A DNA stretch of 62,680 nucleotides, the filler included, from Chrysochromulina tobinii (Eukaryota): the NCBI GenBank assembly GCA_001275005.1. It is 5 parts of 5 records of this genome, joined end to end, with 100 filler letters (N's around TTAATTAATTAA, not from the genome) between each part and the next. Parts side by side here need not be neighbours in the genome. Positions count along the whole stretch, not along the records: positions 19,847 to 36,019 come from JWZX01001061.1; 4 more parts are not named here. One strand, 5' to 3'. How positions within the stretch are numbered: position 1 is the first letter of the stretch; each line of letters starts with the position of its first letter. Of this stretch, positions 22,801-34,968 are shown piece by piece. Made by a program: the position numbers and the translations under genes. The notes under the pieces were generated by a model that saw nothing but the letters and a program-made list of their open reading frames with translations, had not been told where the DNA came from and searched no databases.

Positions 22801-23333
22801 GCATCGGCGGCGGCCTGTGCCTCCTCGCCTGGCTTGAGTGGCACCAAGCACTCGGAACGTATGCTCAGCTGCCTTCCATCCACGCATCTCACCCCCCATC
22901 GCCTGTTCTCAGCGAAGAATCTGAGCAGTTCAACTCTCCTACCGTTGAAATCCAGTCGCTCCGTCAAGCCGTCAATTGTCATCCACCTGCTTACTCGCAC
23001 GAAGTCGATTGCATCGAGCCACTGGCGCACTGGTAGATCTCCGGCTGAACTTCGGAACCTCACGCACCGCTCTGAGTTGCGCAGGACGAGCACCTCATAC
23101 TCAACGTGAACCTCGTTCTCGACGGTCCCCTTATGCGCAACGACCAATGCCGGAAAGTCCACATCCAGAGTGAAGACTTGCTTGCCTTTGGGGGACTGCC
23201 AGGTCAGGCATGCGGCATTGCCATTGGACCGTGGAACGAGTGCAACCTGGCGCTCATTCCACTTGTGGAGATACTCGCTGCGTTTTAGCAGTGTGCCCAT
23301 CAGGACTGGCTTCATGCCAAGATGATCCAACAT
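19847..23333 (-). CDS. PH-domain protein with many Sfi1-like (centrin-binding type) Trp repeats; 3'-truncated by contig end
   Basis: GTLLKRSEYLHKWNERQVAL...QWLDAI (PH-like), then recurring LSRGW.AW / AF.RW units; first in-frame ATG at 23333. Confidence 0.65.
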
Positions 23334-24211
23334 TCCCAAATTGCATAACCCAAAGTGAGCCACCAAAGGAAGTTGCGCAATGGCCTCGGGGACCACGGAT
23401 GGGCCTAGCGGCACGCTTCGCGTGTTGCGAGAGATGATGAGACGAACGAAACGTTCGCGGTCGCTGACATAGAAGTCAAGTTCAGTCAGTCAGTCAGTTT
23501 CGTCGCAACATGATATGATCGCGGTCCCCCCGCGCTCACACAAAGTTAACCAAGTTCAAGTTCAGTCATGTCAATTTCGTCGCGGACCCCGTGCTCACCA
23601 CTGCTCTACAATTATCTGCCCCTTTCCAAGATAGTTGAGCTCTGTCCGAAGTTGACCAGGCCTTCAGTGTTCGGTCCGTCCGAAGATGAGCGTCTGGGGA
23701 CACGCTGGTGCACAGAGCGCGCCTGCTAAAGTAGCATGCAATCCCACTATTCGCACACCTTCACCGTGTCAGAGGGAGGACGGCAAATCGGCAACTAGCC
23801 ATCACGGCGCATTACCATTACGGATTACCCATTAGCCAATTTTCAACCAAGAAGGAAGAGCTTTTCTGTGCGGTGTGTGCGTGCCGGATTCAAGCCGGAT
23901 TTTCGTCTTACCGCCGTCAACAGACCGCCAAGTAACGGTTACCCGGCCGGAATTTTCTTCTACGGCATACCGGGTGGTACGGTATCATTACCTGTGGCAG
24001 TCGCGCGCGTACTGACAAGAACCGTCAACCTCAATAACACAAAGGCCGTGCGAGCTCTCAGCTTCTATTTGAGCTATCGATGATCCGCGGCCCTCAACGC
24101 CCATGATGGCGCTCTGACCCAGGGTGGCGCGCGCGCACGGCGCTCTCGCTCTTTCCTCCCCCCGTCCCTCCCAGAGCCAAGGGTGCTGCGGGTCAAAGCC
24201 TCTCGGTGTTG

Positions 24212-27121
24212 TCAGAAGCCCATGCGGGCGTACGGATTGTCCTCTTCAACGGGCTCGTGTGTGAAGCAGATCGGGGCGGCGTGCGTCGTGCCCGCGGGCT
24301 CGTCGGTCTGCTCGGACGTCTCGCGCAGCCGCTTGGCGTTCTCAGACGGAGGCGCGAGAGGCGAGCGCGTCTCGCCCGCGGAGGCGGTCGAGGAGGTCGC
24401 CGCACTGAGGAGGCGAGACATGCGCACGCCGCCGCCACCGACAGGTGTGCCGCCGCTCGCAGCGCCTCCGCTCCCAACCCCGGCGCCGCCGGGCGCACCA
24501 CCGAGAGTGTGCCCTCCAGTCGAAGGGAAACGATCCTGCGGCGTCGCCATGACACCGGGTGCGGCGGCCGCCGCCGCGAGCGCCTGCTGTATGCGTTTAG
24601 GATCAGTTACCTGTCGATAGAGGAGCATATAGGCACAGGTGCTGCCGCTCCAGCTGTAGCTGCCCGACGCAGCGCTCTCAGCCCCGCCCACCGCGCGCCG
24701 CAGCTCCGACGGCTTGATCGGCTTGACGGTGGCGTCGTTGAACTCGTACCACTCGCCGCGCTCGACGTCCTGGAGGAGCGCGTAGTAGTGCCCAAAGGAG
24801 GCTGAACCCTTATGCACGAGCACGGCGTACAGCTCGTACACTGCCGCCGAGGGCGTGCCCGTCGCCGCTTCACCCTCCGCCACCGTCGGCGTGTCCACAT
24901 CCATGGTCGACGCATCCCCCGCTACCTCCGCGGCGGCGGCGGAGAGGGGCAACCCTCCGGAGGGCGTCATCGTGGGCGATCCTCCGGAGGGCGTCATCGT
25001 GGGCGATCCTCCGGAAAGAGCCGACGACGCGTTGGAGGTTTCCCACAACGACGCGTTTGAGGGGGCGGCCGAGGTGTCGTCGTCGTGGGCGGCGTCGTGG
25101 GTGTCCAGGGTGGCCAGCAGCCTCACGCCCGCGGACCTGTGCGCACTGGAGATCGCGTTGCACATGTCCATTGGCGTAGGCTCCAACTCTGCAAGCGCCG
25201 GCGCAGGCCCAGCCAGACTCACGAATGGTGTCATGTCGAGGTACAGTGGGAAGTCGAAGGCGCTCGAGATCTTGGCGCGCGTATTCGATCGAAAGTCGTA
25301 ACGGAAACGCTTGAGCTGCAAAGTGAGGATTGGTGGCAGCCGCGTGAGCTGCACACCTCGTTCCGCATCCGTCTTACAGCCGCAGCAGTCGCACTGATAC
25401 ATTTCGCTGCCGCGCAGCTGCTCCGGAGTCAGGAGCTGGCGTAGCGCCTCGCACACGTTCGCTGTGCACGACGCGCCGCTGGGCGGCACCGCGCCGACGC
25501 CGCCTCCGCCAGCCGCCGTCGCGCCGTTGGGGCCGCCCGTGCCGGTGCCGGCGGCGGCTGGCTCGTCGTGTGGCACGGCGAGCTTGAGATCTTGGAAGCG
25601 GTCGGTGCGGTGCGAGACGGTACCGCACGTGTGGCAGCGCACGTAGTCGCGCTGCTCTCCCTGGAACAGGTCCTCGACAAGCGTGCCGTGCGCCGTGCCC
25701 TTGAGGTCTGCCTCGATGCGCTCGCAAAGCATCGTCCAGAACTCATGCACGTCTTGTTGGCGCGAGACGGGGCCCCACTTGAGGGCGGAAGTGAGGCCTT
25801 CGGTCGACACCGCGTACTGCGAGTGGCGTAGCTGGTCGAAGAGGTCCTTGAGGGCCTTGGTCACAGCGGGCAGCGGCTCGGCGCTCACGGCGGCGCTCCC
25901 GGCAGCAGCAGCAGCAGCAGCACCCGCCCCGGCAGCAGCAGCAGCAGCAGTGCCGCGCCCGGCAGCGGCGCCGGCCGCGCCGAGCTCACCGAGCTCGCTG
26001 ACGCTCGCGCGGAAGGAGGGCGTCATGAAGAGAGCCTGCACGAGCGAGTTTAGGTAGCACGTCGCGCCCTGGTTGCGCAGTCCCACCCACTGCCCCTCGC
26101 GTCGCTCGCCGGCCGCGCCATTGCCGCTGCCATGGCTCACAGGGCCCCAACTGCCAGCCGCACCCGCGCCGAGCCGACTACCGAGCCCGCTGGCCCCGCC
26201 GGCGGCGGAGGGGGGCACCTCGCGCAGCATGAAGTACACAATCGCGCCCGGCTGCACGCGCTGCGCGCTGAGCGGCAGGTCGTCGACGAGTTCCTTCCCC
26301 AGGCAGATGAGTCGTATCGCACGCACATCACCCTCACCTCGAAGCTGCAGCTGCCGCTTGAGGCCGATGCCCGTCATGGCCGCGTCGTACGGCACTTGCA
26401 TCTTCTGCCCGTTCACCTTCGTGACCTGCACCGGCGCCGCGGCGTTCGCTGACGACGCCCCCGCAGCCGCACTGCCTGCCGCCAACGGCTCACTGGCGGA
26501 TCCGGGCGAGGCGGCAGGCCCCACAGGGCTGAAGCCCGCGGCGGTCGCGGCGGCCGCTCGGGCGGCAGCGGCCTTGGCCGCGTCCGACAGCTGGATCATG
26601 CCGAGCGGGCCGGTGTCAGGCGTCATGCGATCCACCATCGACAAGCGCTGGCTGCCGCTAATGCCAAGCTCGCAGAGCGTCTCGGACGGGCAGGTGAGCA
26701 TCTGACCCGCCCATAGCAGCGTGACCATCTCGCCCGACGGGCGCAGCTGCGCCTTGACCTCGGCGATGGTTGCGTTCGCCGGCACGCGCAACTTGGTGCC
26801 GTTCTTGGGGTTTAGCATGGTGCACACCTCAAGATCGACCATCGGCTCAGTGGCTGGCGCGCCAGCCACAGCGGTGGCGGACATTGCCGACGCGGGCGCG
26901 GGTGCAAGCACGTTCGTCGAACGCGCACCAATGAACGACGAGGTGCTTGATTGTAGCGAGAACGCGCTCGTTGCCAAGCCCGAACCGTCTGGGACGCGCT
27001 GGGAGAGGCTGAAGAGCGAGGAGCGCATGCCAAAGGCAGAAGCTGGGGCGGGTGCTGTGGGGACCGATGAAGCTGCCGTGTTGTCTTCCGCGTCTGACGG
27101 CTGGCTCGGCGCCTCGGGCAT
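24212..27121 (-). CDS. Ubiquitin-specific protease (peptidase C19) with two N-terminal ubiquitin-like domains
   Basis: Cys box GLRNQGATCYLNS, QQDVHEF, LQLKRF, His box HKGSASFGHYYA, FND, AYMLLY; UBL-like segments LLWAGQML and LICLGKEL; likely ATG at 27121. Confidence 0.88.
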   Translation of the reverse strand: MPEAPSQPSDAEDNTAASSVPTAPAPASAFGMRSSLFSLSQRVPDGSGLATSAFSLQSSTSSFIGARSTNVLAPAPASAMSATAVAGAPATEPMVDLEVCTMLNPKNGTKLRVPANATIAEVKAQLRPSGEMVTLLWAGQMLTCPSETLCELGISGSQRLSMVDRMTPDTGPLGMIQLSDAAKAAAARAAAATAAGFSPVGPAASPGSASEPLAAGSAAAGASSANAAAPVQVTKVNGQKMQVPYDAAMTGIGLKRQLQLRGEGDVRAIRLICLGKELVDDLPLSAQRVQPGAIVYFMLREVPPSAAGGASGLGSRLGAGAAGSWGPVSHGSGNGAAGERREGQWVGLRNQGATCYLNSLVQALFMTPSFRASVSELGELGAAGAAAGRGTAAAAAAGAGAAAAAAAGSAAVSAEPLPAVTKALKDLFDQLRHSQYAVSTEGLTSALKWGPVSRQQDVHEFWTMLCERIEADLKGTAHGTLVEDLFQGEQRDYVRCHTCGTVSHRTDRFQDLKLAVPHDEPAAAGTGTGGPNGATAAGGGGVGAVPPSGASCTANVCEALRQLLTPEQLRGSEMYQCDCCGCKTDAERGVQLTRLPPILTLQLKRFRYDFRSNTRAKISSAFDFPLYLDMTPFVSLAGPAPALAELEPTPMDMCNAISSAHRSAGVRLLATLDTHDAAHDDDTSAAPSNASLWETSNASSALSGGSPTMTPSGGSPTMTPSGGLPLSAAAAEVAGDASTMDVDTPTVAEGEAATGTPSAAVYELYAVLVHKGSASFGHYYALLQDVERGEWYEFNDATVKPIKPSELRRAVGGAESAASGSYSWSGSTCAYMLLYRQVTDPKRIQQALAAAAAAPGVMATPQDRFPSTGGHTLGGAPGGAGVGSGGAASGGTPVGGGGVRMSRLLSAATSSTASAGETRSPLAPPSENAKRLRETSEQTDEPAGTTHAAPICFTHEPVEEDNPYARMGF

Positions 27122-27361
27122 TGCTTTCGGAGTACGAGGAAGGAGGCCGTGCTCGAGAGTGCGAGCGAGCGTGAGCGCAGCGCAGCGCGCGCGCGCACCG
27201 CGCGCCGGCAAAGAAGAAGAAAGCAAACGGAAACTTCTGATTGGCCAGTTCCGTACTGTCGAAGACAATAAGGCACTTCATCGTAGCGGGAAGACGTTTG
27301 CTGTGAAATTTTGTGATGTTGTTGTGATTGTCGGCATTCACGGCTCTTTCGCGGCTCGAGC

Positions 27362-28330
27362 ATGCCGTCGGCCCTCACCCTCTGCACGATGCCGGCCCTC
27401 TGCATGATGGCGTTCTCGCTTGTCGCGATCAACGTGGTCGTCCCGGTCCCCATCGTTGCCGCATTGCAGCACCTCGCCGCCGGAATCGTGCTCTCTGCCG
27501 TCGCAATCGAGCTCCTGCCGCCCATCCTCGATGCGCCCGATGATGCCCTGACGACATTCTGCATGACGGTCGGCTTCGTGCTGGGCGTCGCCTTCTTCCT
27601 GCTGCTGGGCGTATTTTGCCACGCTGACGAGCACGACGACGACGACAGCAGCGATGACCACGGTCACTCTCACGATGCCGTGGCTGATTCGGTCCTGACG
27701 ACCCGATACCGTTCTGAATCGGAGTCGCTATCGTCCGCGCCCTCCGCTGCCACGGCCACTAAGTCGCCCGTACCGGCCCTGCTTGGCCTGCGTCGCCAAC
27801 CTTCGAAGATGGGCATGATGCGTGAGATCGTCGAGAACAATGCCACGAAGGCCGAGCTGCCGTCCTTACGGCTGCCATCCTTTCCGTTCGCACTCGCGGT
27901 GGCCGTGTGCACGGACGCGATGGTGGATGGGCTGCTGATCGGAATCGCGTCGAGCTCAGGAAAGTCGTCGGGGCTCATCATTGCGCTGGCGCTCACCGTC
28001 GAGATGGCCTTTCTCGGCCTGACCTTTGCCGTCTCGCTGCGCAAGCAGCCGTGGAGCCGAAGCACGCTGGCGATCTTATTGCCACCGCTGCTGCTACTGC
28101 TGGGCGGCGCGGTTGGCGATGCTCTCGGCGCGGCGCTCACGGACTCACCGCCGCTGCACACGGGCCTCCTCGCCTTCGGCGTCGCCGCGCTGCTCTACCT
28201 CGTCACCGAAGAGCTCTTACTCGAGGCACATGCGCAAGGCGACGACCACGTCTGGTGGGTGGACGCGTGCTTCTTCGCCGGCTTTGGCTTCTCGCTCTTC
28301 ATCGAGAAATCGATGCGCCACCTACGCTGA
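27362..28330 (+). CDS. ZIP-family divalent metal transporter
   Basis: LQHLAAGIVLSAVAIELLP, His/Asp-rich loop, DAMVDGLLIG, LLYLVTEELLLEAH. Confidence 0.85.
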   Translation: MPSALTLCTMPALCMMAFSLVAINVVVPVPIVAALQHLAAGIVLSAVAIELLPPILDAPDDALTTFCMTVGFVLGVAFFLLLGVFCHADEHDDDDSSDDHGHSHDAVADSVLTTRYRSESESLSSAPSAATATKSPVPALLGLRRQPSKMGMMREIVENNATKAELPSLRLPSFPFALAVAVCTDAMVDGLLIGIASSSGKSSGLIIALALTVEMAFLGLTFAVSLRKQPWSRSTLAILLPPLLLLLGGAVGDALGAALTDSPPLHTGLLAFGVAALLYLVTEELLLEAHAQGDDHVWWVDACFFAGFGFSLFIEKSMRHLR

Positions 28331-28656
28331 GGCGGCGGCGCCACGTGTCCTCGAGGGCGCGCTCCAGCCGATTCCCGAAGAGGTCCCGCTTTGCGCCCAC
28401 ACAAACCGAGGACGACGGCTCGCGACGGCCCCGTCACGGGGTCGGGGCAGCAGCACGGCCGCGGCGCACGGGGCAACCGTACTCTTTACCCGCAGTGTGC
28501 GTCAACGGGTCGTGTGCTGTCCGCACGGCGTCTCTCGGTCTCGCGGTCTCGACGTCCGCTCGCTCGTGGTCGTGCGCAATATCATGGATGAACGGCACGC
28601 AGCCAATTCACAGCTTAGGTGATTTAATTCACACACGGGCTCTCAGACGTCTTTTT

Positions 28657-29319
28657 ATGCCCGCCCCATTCGCGCCTCCCGAGAATTTCGCCATGGTCTG
28701 GCGCGGTATTTACCGCTCATCCTATCCGAGCAAGCGCAACTTCAGCTACCTCCAGGCACTTGGCCTGCGCACGATCGTCTACCTTTGCCACGAGGAGTAC
28801 CCTGAGCTCAACTGCGCGTTCATGCTGGAGCACGGCGTGCAGCTGCTGCAGTTCGGGTGCGACGGGAACAAGGCACCCTTTCACGAGATCCCGGCGTATG
28901 TCATTCGGCGTGCCCTGCGTGCCATAATGGACCCGCGCAATCACCCGGTCCTCATTCATTGCAACCAAGGCAAGCACCGCACGGGCTGCCTCGTCGGCTG
29001 CCTGCGCAAGGTGCAGCAGTGGTCGCTCGTCGCCATCTTCGAGGAGTACCGGCGCTTTGCAGGCACCAAGGCGCGCGTGGTTGATGAGCTCTTCATCGAG
29101 CGGTTTACCTTCGAGGGCAGCAGTGACATGGACACTGGTGAGGGTGAGGAGGAACAGCGAGTGCCGCCTGAGCCGCCTGAGCCGCCTGCGCCATCGGCAC
29201 CATTGCCGCTAACGCCGAAGTACAAGGCAGCCCAAACTCAAACGATGGTGGAGTCGCTAACAGAGCTGCGGGTGGCTGATGCCCACGTACATGCAACTGG
29301 GCCTGCCTCTGCTGGATAA
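28657..29319 (+). CDS. PFA-DSP/SIW14-type phosphatase (inositol pyrophosphate phosphatase family)
   Basis: PPENFAMV..GIYRSSYP, P-loop HCNQGKHRTG, IFEEYRRFA; ATG at 28657. Confidence 0.9.
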   Translation: MPAPFAPPENFAMVWRGIYRSSYPSKRNFSYLQALGLRTIVYLCHEEYPELNCAFMLEHGVQLLQFGCDGNKAPFHEIPAYVIRRALRAIMDPRNHPVLIHCNQGKHRTGCLVGCLRKVQQWSLVAIFEEYRRFAGTKARVVDELFIERFTFEGSSDMDTGEGEEEQRVPPEPPEPPAPSAPLPLTPKYKAAQTQTMVESLTELRVADAHVHATGPASAG

Positions 29320-29660
29320 CGGCGCGATGGAAGTCTCTAGTCTCATACGATAGCGAAACCAATTTCGTTGCGGATTACGTCCGGCAACTCTTAGTTTTTA
29401 GATCGTACTCTGGAAACCTGGAAAAAGGTATTTGAGATACTTGTCGGAATGTTGGCTAGCGTCGGGCATACGCACCAGGGCAGCACACATTCTCACCATG
29501 ATAAAGCCTCGTAGACCCGCCATCATATCTGACTCTCTCGTAGTCCGGTCGTCATCGAACAGCGCACATGCAAGCAGCTCCTCGCATGCTCACACGAGTC
29601 CGCCGCAAGATACGCGCGACCCCCCATCGCGGCTCCTAACTTTGCTTGCACCTCACGCCC

Positions 29661-31112
<1,452 letters not shown>

Positions 31113-31985
31113 TCAGCACGTACGCATGGGGCACGGGGCAGCGCCGCACGCGAGCTGCGACTCGCGCGCCGATGGGGCAGTTGCGGCACACAGGCGCGGC
31201 GCCGCGGTCACAGAGTGGCTTTTTGTGCGGCGGCCGGACGCGGGATCGTGTTGCACGTCGCATGCGCGGGATGCTGCTGGGTTGGCGGCCGGCGCAGGCT
31301 GCCTGCGGCGAACCAAGCGCAAGTGTGTGCAGTTGCGACTCCCACCGCGCGCCAGCTTTACCGCGAGCCCCTGGCGTTGTCGACACGTCGTGCGGGCGGC
31401 CGTTGCCAGGAATAGGGAGAGGAGTCCACACATGCCCCACCCGCCCTACCCCCCCCCGAACTCCCCCTTAAACACTAGTCCTCAAACTGAGTACTCGTTC
31501 GCTCGGGCTACTCAATTTCGCTCTAGACGAGAGAGGCCTCCCTCCCCTGTGCCCTGACCAAGGTGTGCGTCTTGAGCCGTCGTGATGCAAGCGACAGGAG
31601 TGATGAGACATGTAACAGATGTACTTGACTCTCAGATCTCAGTGATGAGTGAAACGTGCAAAAATCAAAATAGGTGCATGCCGATCGGGTCAGCACGCGA
31701 CGGGTCGTGGACCACAGTAACACAACTGCCAAGTGCGGTCCGACCACACCGCCGGCACTCTGATACACAACATTGCAGTTCAACACCACAGGCTCGCGGC
31801 GCCATCTTAACATCAGATGCACATCAGACTACACAGATCCCCATGTCGCAGTCATTGGCATTGTGCTGGCGCCGTCGCGATGACTGGCACCTCCCGACTG
31901 ATGCGCTTGCGCTCCTCCCCTTCCCTTTGGCTATCGTATCCCCGTCGGCGCTGCTCGCCGGCCCCACTGGCAGGACGCCCATGGC

Positions 31986-32969
31986 TCACTTCTTCTTGGC
32001 CATGATGGGCAGGAGCATGGGCGTGTAGTCGGCGGCAGGCGAGATGATCGCCTTGCAATTCGCGAGCACCGCCGCCATGTAATTTTCCGTCTCGAAGTCA
32101 ACGTCAGCGCTGCCGAAGGGGTCGGCGAGCGCGATGGAGGTCTCCTTGAGGCCGATGGTGACGAGCACGATGATGAAGAAGCACGGGATGGTCAAGATCG
32201 TCTCAAACTCGATCAACGAGTACGACACCATCAGCAGGTTGAGCGAGAGCATCAGCGTCAGCGTGTGGTAGTACGGGAATGGTACCGGTTGCGTCATCTG
32301 GTCCACAATCTCAGCGCAGTGCGAGCGCAGCTGAATCGCAAGTGTCTCGAAGGACTTGAGATTGGCGCCGGGGCCCTTCTCCTTATCCTCGGCAAGGTGG
32401 TCCTGCAGCGCGCGCAGCGCCCAGATCTGGAGCAAAAACGGCCGGAAGCCGCGGAAGTTGTCGGCGCGCTTCTGCTCCTCCTGTGAGATGAGGCCCGTCT
32501 GCAGCAGCACCTCCCACTCGGACATGGTGACGCGCTTCCCGCCGTCGGACGCGCCGCCCGAGAGCTGGAAGTACAGCAGGTACACACTCGCTATCATGAG
32601 GCGCGACAGGTTCCACAGCTTATCGGGCGACGCCTTCGGCAGGTGTACGCGCAGCAGGCCTGTGAATGCCATCACCGTGCCGCTCATGCCCATGCAGTGG
32701 TTATACAGGGCATAGTAGCGCGTGTAGCAGTTGGCCGAATAAAAGACGAGGAAGAAGACCAGAAGCGTAGTGGGCACGGTCGTCAGCTTCCAAGGCAGAG
32801 GGGGCAGCGTGATGTCCGTGCGGTAATTGTTGATGTAATAAAAGCAGAGGTGCGCGGACATCAGCACCCAGAAAATGGGGCGGCACAACACGCGCGGCAA
32901 GACGGTGCCCCGCCACTTGGCGAGCACGGTCAGCTCGTTGAAATCCGTCGGGTCATACCCAATCGTCAT
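31986..32969 (-). CDS. Bestrophin-family anion channel
   Basis: WRGTVLP, LLVFFLVFY..CY.RY, PVPFPYYH, LADPFG..DVDF; ATG at 32969. Confidence 0.85.
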   Translation of the reverse strand: MTIGYDPTDFNELTVLAKWRGTVLPRVLCRPIFWVLMSAHLCFYYINNYRTDITLPPLPWKLTTVPTTLLVFFLVFYSANCYTRYYALYNHCMGMSGTVMAFTGLLRVHLPKASPDKLWNLSRLMIASVYLLYFQLSGGASDGGKRVTMSEWEVLLQTGLISQEEQKRADNFRGFRPFLLQIWALRALQDHLAEDKEKGPGANLKSFETLAIQLRSHCAEIVDQMTQPVPFPYYHTLTLMLSLNLLMVSYSLIEFETILTIPCFFIIVLVTIGLKETSIALADPFGSADVDFETENYMAAVLANCKAIISPAADYTPMLLPIMAKKK

Positions 32970-33208
32970 GCTGGCCGGGCCGCCGCTGCGCACTTGTGCG
33001 TGGGAGCAGAGCGAAGCCAAAAAGGCACCGCGGAGAAAGTTGACCAAAACGTGTCGGGGCAGTGTCTTGCTCCCGCTGATGGACTGCAGGATTCGTCCGT
33101 CTGGGATCTGCGCTGGGTAGGGTAGAGGAGCATCGCCGGAAGCGGCGCCCCCCCACACCCAAACTTTCCGTAAAAGGGTTATGGATTGTTTCACACACAA
33201 GGCAAAAA

Positions 33209-34801
33209 ATGGCGGCTTCAAGTATCGTGCCGCACAAGTCGCTCGCAGTGGTCCTGCACGGGCGCATGGGCGGCATGGCGTCGCTGATGCCCGGTGCGCC
33301 TGGCCGGCCGCTCCGCTCCTTTGACGGCGCGGTGCCCTCGCCTTCATCCGCTGCGCTCTGCGCGGCGTCCCTTGAGCAGCACGTCATCGGCCCAAATCGC
33401 GCCCATTTTGCGGTTGACGTTTTCGGCCATTCGTGGTCGCCCGAGATTGGGGCGACCCTCGACGGGCTCTTCGCCCCGCGCCGCAGCTTGCACGAGGAGG
33501 GTATCTCCAAGGCAAACTTCCGGTGCCCCGATCCAAACTTTTCGCATGGGTACTGTCACCGCACGGTGTCACATCTGCTCGGCATCGCGCGCGCGATGCG
33601 GCTCAAGAAGCTCGAGGAGATAGCACGCGGACGGGAGTACGACGTCGTCTTCCTCTCCCGCTGGGACATCCTGTGGCGCACGCCGCTCCTCGAGCTCCGT
33701 GCGCTGCCGCGCTGGCACGCCCACCGCGAGAGGCGTCGGCGGACCGTATGGCTGCCGCGCATCTGCATCCCCATCGACGGTGGCGATAGACCGGGTTCGG
33801 CCTTCCGCTCAGCCGTATGCGGCGGCAGCGCGAGCACGTGGCTCGCCACACAGGCTGCTCGCGAGTGCTCCCGCGCCGCGCGTGCGTGCCAGCCGGACAT
33901 GAGCCTAGAGGCGCGTGAGCTCTATGTCATGGACTGGTGGCTCGTGTTGGGCACGTCGGCCGACGCGGATGAGTTCGCCGAGGGCGTGAGCGGCCGCTTC
34001 GCCGAGCACGGTACGCGTGTGCTACAGCGCCTCGCGGCTCAAAAACGGGGCGCCATCGCAATGGGTCACGCATGGTTTGGCGCGCAGTTGCTCTGGGCGA
34101 TGAACGCGACGCTCGCCCACGTTGGGAATATCGGAGTCGACTTCCATCTTGGGCGCGCTTGGAACGAGTTCGACTGCAACGGGCTGCAGCCCGCATGCGC
34201 CGGGCGTGTCTGCGGCTCGAGCGACATGCTGCCCGCGCGGCCGTGGCACACGAGCCAAAGCGCGCGTTGGCCTATCGAGAGCTCTGAGAGCTTCGCGCCG
34301 CTTGTCTCCATCCCAGATCCCAACTCGCAGATGGCGAGCTCGTGCGAGGATCGGTACTTTCTGTGCAGGCGCGGCTCGCGCGCCTGTGTCGAGACGGACG
34401 CAAATGCCGCGCCGATGGATCGCACTGCACTCAAGGCCCTGTTCCTGGGCTGCGCCGAAGGGCTCTGTGCACCCGTGACACCGTCAACGGCCCGCCTGCG
34501 ACAGAACGTGCAAGAGGCGCCGTCACGGGCGCATTCGACGGCATCGCTGTCGACGCCATCGGCGAACACGTCCGCTTGCGCGCGGCGGCTGCTTCGCCTC
34601 TGGCTCAACATGAGCGGTTCGGTGCGCTTTCCGAAAGCCATGCAACGGCATTCCGCCGCACCGGCTCTGGATGCCATTCAGTCGCGCATGGCTGCTCTGC
34701 CGCTTGCCGACGAAATGATGTCCGATCCGCTGCCACTCTCGGCGACATGCGAAAGGGCCTGGTCGCGCAGCGGTGGTGTACGCTATCCGCGCTTCGAGTG
34801 A
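33209..34801 (+). CDS. Hypothetical protein, putative glycosyltransferase-like fold
   Basis: LAVVLHGR...VDVFGHSW...YDVVFLSRWDIL motif order; 530-aa ATG ORF. Confidence 0.45.
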   Translation: MAASSIVPHKSLAVVLHGRMGGMASLMPGAPGRPLRSFDGAVPSPSSAALCAASLEQHVIGPNRAHFAVDVFGHSWSPEIGATLDGLFAPRRSLHEEGISKANFRCPDPNFSHGYCHRTVSHLLGIARAMRLKKLEEIARGREYDVVFLSRWDILWRTPLLELRALPRWHAHRERRRRTVWLPRICIPIDGGDRPGSAFRSAVCGGSASTWLATQAARECSRAARACQPDMSLEARELYVMDWWLVLGTSADADEFAEGVSGRFAEHGTRVLQRLAAQKRGAIAMGHAWFGAQLLWAMNATLAHVGNIGVDFHLGRAWNEFDCNGLQPACAGRVCGSSDMLPARPWHTSQSARWPIESSESFAPLVSIPDPNSQMASSCEDRYFLCRRGSRACVETDANAAPMDRTALKALFLGCAEGLCAPVTPSTARLRQNVQEAPSRAHSTASLSTPSANTSACARRLLRLWLNMSGSVRFPKAMQRHSAAPALDAIQSRMAALPLADEMMSDPLPLSATCERAWSRSGGVRYPRFE

Positions 34802-34879
34802 ATTGTTTCCTCAATTGTGCTTCCTGTGAGACCATGCGATGGTCCACGATTCATAATTCTTAATCGCACGGGCCGGCGA

Positions 34880-34968
34880 AAAAAACGTACACGCTTAGTA
34901 TGCCTGGGGGTGCCCCCTCGCCACGTGTACGCTGCCTGTAGAGGCGATGTTTACTTACTTACTTACTT
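34880..34968 (+). mobile_element. Short non-LTR retroposon insertion (SINE or 5'-truncated LINE) with (TTAC)n tail and 14-bp target-site duplication
   Basis: GCACGGGCCGGCGA at 34866-34879 and 34969-34982 flanks 89 bp ending TTACTTACTTACTTACTT. Confidence 0.8.

Noticed and set aside
27907..28656. N-terminal 250 aa of the 470-aa ORF ahead of the phosphatase
   Set aside because: Overlaps the ZIP gene out of frame and is junk-like; phosphatase homology begins at ATG 28657
31580..31770. GTGATGA (C-box-like) words with a downstream CTGA
   Set aside because: No terminal stem or recognisable rRNA guide; lies in the probable antisense 3' UTR of bestrophin
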